NCBI GenBank assembly: GCA_973895155.1
Contig: OZ316897.1
Span: 2,681,416 to 2,745,415, forward strand
Source: Marsupella aquatica
Taxonomy: Eukaryota > Plantae > Marchantiophyta
DNA: 64,000 nt
Reading direction: 5' to 3'
Shown: piece by piece, positions 35,677-45,981 of the stretch
How the letters are laid out: each line of letters opens with the position of its first letter
Position numbering within the stretch: position 1 is the first letter of the stretch
Position numbers and translations under genes: made by a program
The notes under the pieces: generated by a model
What the model saw: only the letters and a program-made list of their open reading frames with translations
The model's database searches: none
What the model was told of the DNA's origin: nothing

Positions 35677-37069
35677 TAGGTGATGTGTGCTCCATCTTTG
35701 GTATGTGCTCTATCAATTTTCATAGATCACCTTTCTCCAAATTCACAGTTTCATGCATTTAATGAAGAGGTAGTGCAGAAACTATCCACTTAAAAGTGTA
35801 AACCCAAGCAACTACCTTAATTAGTGAGAAAAGAATTGCAAGCGGTCCAATTTCTCAGTTACAACATAATGCACGTCAACATGTATTACTGCAAGTTAGG
35901 CCCATATTCCGGAGACCTTGCACTTAGACACATTTGTCTATTTATTTGAGTTGTGGATGGGAGTAACCTTCACACCTCCATCCTTTTAGTTCATAGTGAT
36001 TGCTTTATTAGTCATGGGCATGACTTCACGAACGGCATACTTCTGGGGATGCCAAGCCCACTCTACATTTCATGTCTGTTTTCCCTCGGATGGGTGGTGA
36101 GAGTGATGAGACCCCCCGTGAGACCTTCCCTCTGATTGGACCATTGACCTCCAGTGTATTTTTACCTCAGTCCAGACCACCCTCCTCCATTGTTGGTTGG
36201 GTTACTTGTACTGTTCCTTCTTTGGAGATTGAACTCTGAAAATGTGATTCTTGCGATCCTGCAAAATCTCCTATGCCACCAGACTCATGCGGAAGGACGT
36301 CGATTTCATCCTCATCTACATCATGCGGAAGGATGTCGATTTCAACCTCATCTACACTCATGCGGAAGGTGACAACAATTTCCAAAGATCAGAGTAAGCT
36401 TAGATGGATTGTATGTCAATTTCACCCATCTTCATGAACAACTTTGTGATCACAAAAATCACCTCTTGTGATGCAGCCGTCAATTTTTTGAGTCATTCAA
36501 TGGAAGGAAGATGCAATCAAATTTTGGCAATCCATGCAGTGCCCTGGCTGATGCTATTGTTGTTAAACCAGGACAGGTGGCAAGGTTATTGCTCGGGGGT
36601 CTCACTGTATGGAGGACCCCCCCCATCACCTGCGACGTTTTCATGCCTAGACCCCCATACTTATTAAGTTGAAATTTTTTTTCCTCCCCCTTTCTTTCTT
36701 CTAAGAGTCTAAAATCCAATTTGTATTGCCCCTATAATTTGTGAAGTAAAGTGTCACATATCAATAAAAAATGCCTAGAAATAAAAGATAAGTCTATGCC
36801 AGTACCTTGTGAAGTCGTATGTCAAACATGGCACGCCCTGCAACAGCACGCCTTGCAACAGTTCTTGCACCTTTTTCGACCTCAAACTTTCATCATTTCA
36901 ATGCATCATTTATATTGTGTACCTAAAGGTCATCCCAATATTGTGTACATAAGTGGGATGGGCTTTAAGGTCACAACATGAATAATCCATTCCATCAACA
37001 ATCAATTTGAAACCAATCACATACTCCATCCATACTCCATTGAAAACTTCTGCTGAGAGATGTAACATG

Positions 37070-37152
37070 TGAGGAGGGGAATTGAACCCCTAATTGAGAA
37101 AGGATCTCAAGTTGCCAATCCGTCACCCCCTATCCTATCCCACTACACCCAC
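37070..37152 (-). other. Degenerate tRNA-like structure (SINE head or tRNA pseudogene)
   Basis: Perfect T-arm AGGGG-TTCAATT-CCCCT preceded by hairpin TTGAGA-TCCTT-TCTCAA; imperfect acceptor-like pairing; no valid D or anticodon arm. Confidence 0.35.
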
Positions 37153-37208
37153 TAATATAAACAAAACAAAATATATATACTCTCAAAAAGTAAACAGTAG
37201 CATAACAT

Positions 37209-40200
37209 TCATACCATTGTTTGAAGATACTGATCCAATGCATGTCTATCTATTGGATCCAAGACATAGATACAATCCATAACCCCTTCTTTCATGGTTA
37301 AGCTAACACTAGCAATGACCATTTCAATATCCATCCATTTCAAATCAGTGGTATCATATCTGAATTCACTTTTTCTCTTACCAATAGGACTATACCAATT
37401 TAACAACAGTTCACAAATGCTACCTGATTGCCCTGCAAGTGGAGTGAGCCTATCCATCAAATCAATTGGTGTCCGACAATTGCCACACCTACTACCATAC
37501 TTTTGTCTCATTTGGACAATCCGACCCAACCAAAAATATTTCTTACCTGCTGAGATTGCCTCCACCGCAGCCTTATTCTTTTCTCCCTTTTTTTTCCAGA
37601 TCTAGTACTTGGAGCAGGATTATCATCAGACTCAAATGCAATTGCACAATCAGTGCCAACATCAACAAAACATGAGTTAGGATTGGCTTCTTGCACTTTT
37701 CTCTTGCCAGTACTATAGTATAGCACTTGTTTCACCCTTGTCAGCCTATCTTTTGACAAATGTGGATTGCCTACCAGCTGGCTTACCAGAGTGGATTTGT
37801 AAATCACCTTGCCTTCATAAGTAACAGTAGGCACTACCTTGGTACGATTCTGCACATTAGTTACAGCATGGACAACTGATCCAAACACATGCCGAACTTC
37901 ATGGCCTAATGTCTCAAGCTCATCTGTGGGGTCTACATCAAACTGTATATCATCTCTGTGTACATCATCTGAATGCATGTCAGGAATAACAATGGGATCT
38001 GGTTCTGTTAACCATGCATCTATTCTATTCAGATCATCCTCAGGATCTTCCAATTCATGAAATTCTCCAGTTGGGCGAAGGCCTATGTCTGGTGGTTGGT
38101 GCTCTACTTGCTCCTCAGAATCATTGCAAACAACTGCTTCCTTCAGAACCACCTCTAGTGGCCAGGTCTCACTTTCCACAACCCAAGGACATGTCCACCA
38201 TCTCTTTCTAGCTGCTGGTAAGGAACTTTGTGGAGACATCTGCAATTGATGCATAAGATCCTTAGCAGCAACAAAACCTTCTTTAAGGGCTGCAACCACT
38301 AATTCATTAGTCTCAATGAGAGAATAGTCAAGTAGATTTGGTGCTTCTTCCCCTTCCCCTATAGGATGAATCTTCCCCCATACATGATCTTGCTTCTTAT
38401 GTGAACGACCTATCTTCAAGCCTTCTGGTCCATATTCCAGGGCAGCAAGCCGATTCAGTCCAACAACACTATCCAACAGAGAGCCAAAATCATAATTTCG
38501 CTCATGGCCACTCATGCCTCCTACCTTGCTGAAGAAAATCTCACAACAATCCGAACCTAACAAGTGAAAAGGAACACCTAGATGTGGGAACTTATCTCGA
38601 AAGGCACAAATTAACAGCACAATGAAATGACATGACATGTTAACATCATGAAAGGCCTGAATAGACATCATGTCTTTCTCAGTGTGTGCTGCAAAGTTCC
38701 CACCCACTGAATGGTCACCAAACCTCAACCACAATCTCCACAAACGTAGAAAGAACGAAACCTTGGATGCTAACACAATACGGGACCTCAAGTCATGAAC
38801 TGGAGAAAAGAAAATATCTAAGTAATCTGCACAAATCTCCAAGTACAACTGAGTTCCTAAACTTCGTTCATGTCGTACATCTCTCCTCTCATACATATCT
38901 TTCAGACATTGCTGCACTCTTCTTGCTGCTATTCGTTGTGGACCTGCCCAATTCTGCCGGTCAGTCCTATTCACATCATCCCAAGCCATGCCATGTTCAT
39001 GAATTGGATAATGATTGTAGACATTAGCTACATAAGATAAAGATGCATGTTGATCTCCTAGCACCAGTAAAAAAGACACTCTGTCTAAGGGGTTTATCAT
39101 CTTTTTCCCATTATGAGGTTGGTCTTGGTCACCAAAGCCATACAAATCCCCATTTGGTAGAATTGAAACAGAGTAAGCCCACCCTTCCCACCCAACTCCG
39201 TACCTTGGGTATGATCCATTCTGCCCTCTGTAATCTTCCAACATCAACTTTCGGCGACGTGCATCACCATCACTAGCATGTCCAAGCAAAGGGCCTACCA
39301 TAGCTCTACAATATTCATCCCAAAAAGCCTTTAACTGGACCCAATGCTCTCGTACCCAAGAAGTTGTGAACTTATTACAAGTTGGAAGTGCACACACAGC
39401 CAATTTAGGTAAGGACTCATGCAGAGGATTCACAATCACAACTTGAGCATACATGCACTTGGGGCATTGTTCAAATGTACTTACGATTTTATCATACCCC
39501 TCATCACCTTCACCAACTAGAATTTCCAAACCATAGGAGCATACATGCTGCTCTGAAGGTCCACAGAAACCAATGAGAGTATCATACTTTGCCTCCCACC
39601 TGAAACACAAACATGCAATTTTTCAATATCACAGCAATTCCAGCCAAGTGCTACTTGTAAAGTCATTAAAAAAACAATTGGAAAAATGTCCAGTTCCAAT
39701 TACCTAGGGCGTTCTTTGATCCTTGTTTCATCCTCAGCAAAGATAACAGGCACATCCCCCTCAATGCCCAATGAGTGCTTTGCAGCAGACAACACTCTAG
39801 CAATCTCCTGAAAGGTTTCCTTCCGTAACCCAGTTCGAAAAGGTGTGAGTTTTGCTCTATCACGTTTTAGGGTCACAAGGCTAGGGGCTGTCAAGTTTCA
39901 TGCAAAACAATGAGCAACTTGACGGCCCCCAAATTGGAACATAGCCTGAGCAATAGCTCGAGTCCTATTATTGTAACGATTACCTTTTGGCTTCCTGCCT
40001 AAATTGCGAGCTACATCCTTCAAGAAATCCCACAAACCCTCCTTACCACCAAATGCACCATTCCTGTGTCCATTCAAAATACTCCTAAGAAACAATCTCA
40101 AATCCTTCCTGTCTGCTGCAACTCCTAACAACTCCTCTAGTTTTCTTTTCCTGGTGCTCAAGGCACATACTTTCTGAGCCTGCAAAGCTAACAACCAATG

Positions 40201-40812
40201 CTTTTTTTGTCGCACAGAGTTCAGCTTGTGCACTTGATCTCTTAACTCTGGGTTGGTCAAATAATCCAATCGTATACCACCAGCAATGGTTTGGCTCCCT
40301 CTGTGGACTACTGCTTCCGCTTCCCTGTGCACCCGTCCACGAAAATCATCTTCTAGTGTTATAGAATCACATTCACTACAAGTTAGATTTTCAAATCCTC
40401 CTCCATTCTGTGATAACCTCAAGCAATCCTTGTGTCTAAAACAGCCTGCTATACTCACAACACAGTCTCTTCTTGGATGGAAAACATCCAAGCAACAACT
40501 TGGCTCGCAATGCCATGTCATTCCCCCAGACTGATCATCCAAAATGCCGGCAATATCATAAGATATACCCTTCCATAACACTCGAGGCACACCTCTCTCT
40601 ACCCATAATCCCCAGCAAAGCAAACTCAGACCAAGATCAACAGATTCACACACACCTGAACCTGAACCTGAACCTGAACTGCTACCTGTTCGGGACCCAT
40701 CATCTTTAAAGAACTTCAAAATCCCGCTCTGACCAGGATGTAGGTCCCTAGAATCCAAGAGCACTTGATTGCAGCAGCAGCGTAGCTCAGCTCCGGACCG
40801 GATTGCAGGCAA
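37209..40812 (-). mobile_element. P-element-superfamily-like DDE transposase gene, near-intact (one stop, one frameshift)
   Basis: Four ORF pieces join into one gene: in-frame TGA at 39898-39900 (HCFA*NLTAPS), GT-AG intron about 39703-39601 (RPR|WEAK), frameshift at the homopolymer run near 37590. Motifs IFAEDET, ASDGD, DQPH (DxxH), DRQN and SDCCEIFFS follow the D-D-(DxxH)-E order of P-type transposases. Confidence 0.75.
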
Positions 40813-41149
40813 TGCAACTCACAGATTGCAACACAATGCAGCCCAGCTCAGGTCGCAGCCTAGTAACCAGATTGCAACCCAACTCCCAACCTGATCGCAA
40901 CCCAACTCCCAACCCGATCGCAGCCCACCTTGTAGCCCACCTCGCAGCCCAACTGCAACTGATTGAAAGCACTTCATCTCAATCAGCAAAAAGTGAAAAG
41001 CACAAACAAAGCAAGCAACTTACTTCCTCTTGACTAAGCCTACGAATTGGAACATGACTTCAATCCATAGAAAGCCTGATTGTCAAAGCAAGAAATGAAG
41101 AGCACTCCCATACCAGAGTTGATAGAGCAGCACTCTGTTTGAGCAAGCA

Positions 41150-42240
41150 GCGTAGCACTTGCAACCCTCACAGCGGAGCACTCCGACCCTAGCTTGCCTC
41201 CCTCACAGCGCAGCACTCACCTCCTTCGCAGCGCAGCACTTCCCTTGATCATAGTGCAGCACTCACCTCTGTCGCCTCCCTCGTAGCGCCTCCCTCGCCT
41301 CCCTCACAACACAGCTTTTGCCTCCCTTGTAGCGCCTCCCTTACAGCGTAGCTTTCGCCTCCATCATAGCGCCTCGCTCGCCTCCCTCACAGCACAGCTT
41401 TCACCTCCCTCGCAATCCTCACAAAGCAATAGCTCCCGGCAGCAGTGCAAGAGTGGAACACTCAGCACTCACCATCCTCGGCTCCCTTGACTCCCTCGCA
41501 ACAGCTCATGGTGCTGCGCAACGCTAGCTTTGGACCACACTCCCGTTAGCAGCGCAGGCAACACTCCCTTTGGAGTTTAAAAAAATTACCGACATTGCTA
41601 TATGGTCCACCAAGCTCCAGCCACCAAGCCAGCAGCCACCAAGCTCGGGAGCCTCTATCGATCGCTCCCAGCCTCCAGCACGCGAGATCAGACAGCGAGC
41701 TTCCACCAAGCTCCAGCCACCAAGCTCCAGCCACCAAGCCAGCAGCCACCAAGCTCACGAGCCTCTATCGATCGCTCCCAGCCTCCAGCTCCCAAGCCCA
41801 GCTCGCGAGATCAGACAGCAAGATCAAATCAGACGAGCAGCATCGAGAGTGAAGACGAAATCAAATCAGACGAGCAGCATGAAGTGCAGTCCACCAAGCT
41901 CGTGAGCCTCTATCGATCGAGACAGCGACATCAGATCGAGAGCCGCAGCCGCCCTTTGCCCCCTCGGATTTGATCGTCTAAACCCCAGCCCTTCGCGAGC
42001 CCTTCCAGCCGTTTTCCAGCCCTTCCCCAGCCCTTCGCAAGCCCTTGCAGCCCTTCGCCAGCCCTTCCCCAGCCCTTCGCCCTTCGCCAGCCCTTTGACC
42101 TGCGCCAGCCCCTTCTCGTCGACCCCTTGCCCTTCGCGAGCCCTTCCCCTTGCCCCCAATGCATTGGATACCCCTCACATTGGATACCCATCCCCTTGCC
42201 CCATTGCATTGGATACCCCTCCCCTTGCCCCATTGCATAG
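41150..42240. repeat. Three adjacent GC-rich tandem-repeat blocks upstream of the transposase
   Basis: CGCCTCCCTC-type units (41150-41500), CCACCAAGC(T/C)C and GAGCCTCTATCGATCG units (41610-41925), AGCCCTTC and CCCCATTGCATTGGATA units (41985-42240). Confidence 0.85.
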
Positions 42241-43534
42241 GGGACTTTTTTATCTCCTGCATAGGACAAAATAACTTTTCATGTTCCAGGATGAGTATGC
42301 TATATGGACAACGTCAAGGCAAGGAATGAACTGGGCTTGGCCAACAAAGAGTGGAGGGAAACAGCCGCCCTAACATGGGACATATTCAAAATGGTCCCGG
42401 GCCCCAAAACCCTAGACATGTGGCCAGGTCCTTGAAACCCGGCCCCACTCACGTATATACCCCATCCAAAATTCTTGCCACCTCAAATATGTGGACTACC
42501 CGATTGAGTAGCCCCTAATTTGAAATGAGTGCCACGTGGCCCAATCCCATAGTGACACATGTATACTCTTTTTTCTTGTAGCATATTACCCTATCTTTCC
42601 TCAACCCATTCCATGGAAGTGGACCCCCCAAAAAAAATCCTATCATTCTTTAAAGTGTGTTTATGAATAAATTGGACCCTATTGTTCTTACACAAATCTT
42701 CTTAAGTCTTTCCTATAATCTAATAAATGGACCCTATACTTTTTCGAACGTGATGTGCTGTTTTCACGGAGTGAGACCCCCGAGGGTTATTGTTATCGAT
42801 AAGTGTTCATGTCCAGTTATCGAGGGTTTCAACTTATTAAGTTATCGTTTAGAGGTTGTTTCGGGGGTCTGCTTGCACTTACACAACTGAAGGCACAAAA
42901 AACAAAAAAAACTGCTTGGGGAAGCAACCCGCACAAGAGGACACCTTGCAATTATCCAGGGTTTACACTTATCAAGTGTGCACTTAGTGATGGAGACTTT
43001 ACAGGTCTGTCATGTCCTCTATTAGGATGTCTCACAGCAGGGGCCATAAGGAAAGTTATGGTACACCAGTGGCGCCCATAAAACACCTCATGACCAGACT
43101 TTACGTACCATTGGTTGGAGGGAGATATGCATTGAATCGTGCCATACGGGATGAGTTATGGGTGCTCCCACTCAAATTTAGTGCTTTTGGTTTGTTCTTG
43201 TCGGACAAGCCCAAGCCTATTACCTCGACAAGAGGTCACAATAGCATTTTAATAATACACAGTAATTGGCATGTTGTTTTTATCCCTGGATGATCTCGTG
43301 GATGATGTGATGTTGTGATGACTATGTTGTGACGATGTGAATTAAAAAAAATTGAAATTATTCCTAATAAATAAATGGAATGTCCAAGATTTCGATAAGT
43401 CTTAGAGTTAAAGTTACGGGTTTTGGTTAGTGGCTGCGGCACTTTCTTACGGAAGCTAATTTTGGCCTCCTGTAACTTTTATGGCCGTTCCCATAACTCA
43501 ATCCTTCTGGCCAACTCGTAACGAGAGATGCCCT

Positions 43535-43765
43535 ATTGGCTAGCCTAATAACCCCTTCTATGAACTTAAATAGAGATGAGGAAAGGAGCTCTATTGACTA
43601 GCTTGATTACCCGTTCTTTGAATGTAAATAGAGATGAGGAAAGGCCCTTGACTAGCTTCATTACCTGTTCCTTGAACGTAAACAGAGATGAGGAAAGGAT
43701 AAGGAGACAACCTCTATTGACTAGCTTGATCACTTATGCCTTACACGTAAATAGAGATGAGACTA
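43535..43765. repeat. Tandem array of four 52-70 bp units
   Basis: TTGACTAGCTT..TTACC.GTTC.TTGAA.GTAAATAGAGATGAG repeated four times; a related single copy is near 34812-34855. Confidence 0.85.
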
Positions 43766-43842
43766 GGAGAAAAAAAACCTTGCACAAAAGAGGACTCCCC
43801 TTTATTTTTTGTTCACCTTTGCCCTTGTCCCTGTGTGCACGC

Positions 43843-44322
43843 TCCTCAATTATGCCCCATTAAAGATCTAGAGGCTTCACTCTAGACAATAAGTTTAGAG
43901 GCTTCACTCTCCACAACAAGCTTGTCGTTAAAATTGGCTTCACTCTAGACAATAAGCTTGCCCTCACTTAGAGTTAAAATCACCCTCCTCAATTATGCCC
44001 CCAATAAGCTTGCCCTCATTTAGAGTTAAAATCACCCTCCTCAATTATGCCCCGTAAATGATCTAGAGGCACCCTCCTCAATTATGCCCCATTAAATAAA
44101 TAAATATCTAGAGGCTTCACTCTAGACAATAAGCTTTCCCTTATTTAGAATTAAAATCACCCTCCTCAATTATGCCCCGTTAATGATCTAGAGTTACCCT
44201 CCTCAATTATGCCCCATTAAATAAATAAATTATGCCCCATCAAATAAACAAATATCTAGAGGCTTCACTCTAGACAATAAACTTGCCCTCACTTAGAGTT
44301 AAGATCTACAGGACAATAAGCT
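43843..44322. repeat. Mosaic tandem repeat of shuffled modules
   Basis: Modules CTCCTCAATTATGCCCC, TCTAGAGGCTTCACTCTAGACAATAA and GCTTGCCCTCA(C/T)TTAGAGTTAAAATCACC recur in varying order. Confidence 0.9.
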
Positions 44323-44739
44323 TGTGAGCACCCTCAGCTCTGCACTTGGGCAGTATCCTCACTTTCACTTATGTCCTCAATCAGAGGATTTAGTTAGATG
44401 AGTGATCGAAGTCCTGCGATTCGATTCAGATTGAATGTTTTCCTGACCAGTAATTCTATTATGAGGATTTGACCCAAGCGTCCTGACCTTTCTACTCGTT
44501 CACAGCTCGACACTGGAATGAGGTCTTCCTCTGCTTCCTGTTCTCCTAAGGAAGGTGTCCGTTGCCTTCATGCACTAGAAAAAGTTCTCTATTGCTTTTG
44601 AGCCATGGTAGTGATCATCTCTTTCCACTAGTACGCCATCTCTTTCACCGTCTAATCATCGAGCTGCTGCTACTCGTCTATTATTTCTGGCCCAGAATCT
44701 GCCATTTTTCGTGACAGACGGACATTTGCGTTTCACAGA

Positions 44740-45447
44740 ATGACAACTTCTTCCTCCGGCAACCCTCTCGGCCCCTGGGTTCAGCCGTCTGCAGCCGAGC
44801 TTTCCCAGCAAATATCCGTAACATTGCCAGGCCGCCTCGTCACCCTGGTGCCAGGCCATACGTCTCAGTTGGACGATCTGTTCGCAGTGCTCGGCGGAGA
44901 AGAAAACGCAGTGATTTGGGACTACATTCCCTTCGGCCCGTTCCAGAGCCGCGAGGAGCTCCACGCCTTCTTCGCCGCTAATTGGCAGAATCCAGACGTG
45001 GCTTACTTCACAATCATCGATAATACGGTGCAGAAAGCTGTTGGCTCTCTCGCACTCCTCAACATCAACCGTGACAATCGCTCAGTAGAAGTCGGGAATG
45101 TGTTGTTCTCTAAGCAGCTCCAACGTACATTTGCCGGAACAGAAGTCATGTATCTCCTGGCCTGCCATGTCTTTGACACTCTTGGCTACAGGCGTTACGA
45201 GTGGAAATGTAACAACTTGAATGAGCCTTCCAAACGTGCAGCGCTGCGCTTGGGGTTCAAGTTTGAGGGTGTTTTCAGGCAGCATATGATCCTCAAGGGA
45301 AGGAATAGAGACACAGCGTGGTTTTCTATTTTAGACGGGGAATGGCCAACCGTGAAGTCAGGGTTTGAGAGATGGCTGGATGCAGAGAATTTTGATCAGG
45401 AGGGACGACAGCGGAAAAGTCTTGCGGCACTGCGTGATGCTGTCTAG
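44740..45447 (+). CDS. GNAT N-acetyltransferase, RimJ/RimL (Acetyltransf_3) type, intronless, fungal/bacterial-like
   Basis: 235-aa ORF with WDYIPFGPF, SVEVGNVLFS, LGYRRYEWKCNNLNEPSKRAALRLGFKFEGVFRQHMILKGRNRDTAWFSILDGEWP and WLDAENFD..GRQRKSL. Confidence 0.93.
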   Translation: MTTSSSGNPLGPWVQPSAAELSQQISVTLPGRLVTLVPGHTSQLDDLFAVLGGEENAVIWDYIPFGPFQSREELHAFFAANWQNPDVAYFTIIDNTVQKAVGSLALLNINRDNRSVEVGNVLFSKQLQRTFAGTEVMYLLACHVFDTLGYRRYEWKCNNLNEPSKRAALRLGFKFEGVFRQHMILKGRNRDTAWFSILDGEWPTVKSGFERWLDAENFDQEGRQRKSLAALRDAV

Positions 45448-45981
45448 ATGACCATCTGATTCCCGTCAAGTTCTTCAAAAATAAGATATTTGCAGTGGGA
45501 GTTGCCAATTTTTAGTGCACCTGTCTGACTCGATTAAAAATCGCAGCAAGTTAGATTGTGGCATCCTGGAAATCATGGTTGCGGTAGCAGCAACTCATGA
45601 CTTGCTAGTAAGTCGTATCTGCAGGATGCGTGACGGATCATCACTGACAAAGAATCCGGAGGTCGCTTATTAAGCTGGGTGGGTCAATTGGACTCTAGCA
45701 CCAAGGAATGTACATTTTATGGGAGTTTTACGTCTTCGAGCTACAATAGGCTACCTGCCTGCGAATTGGTATGCTGCGGTTGTCAGCACATTTAACAAGG
45801 TGTAACCAATAGCAGCAAGTCGCTTTTATTCATTTTCACCCACACTAAAATATGGAATCTGTCTTATACATCCAGACGAGGGTCTGACCAAGTCTTGTAG
45901 CATTCTGTCATGCATGCAAATTTTTTGTTGCCAATCAGATGGATGCATGAGCTCCAAGTGAAGACATGCGAGGATTGAATG

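Noticed and set aside
43535-44322. CRISPR-like appearance of repeats with a palindromic module
   Set aside because: No unique spacers of constant length; the intervening sequences are themselves repeated; eukaryotic context with no cas genes.
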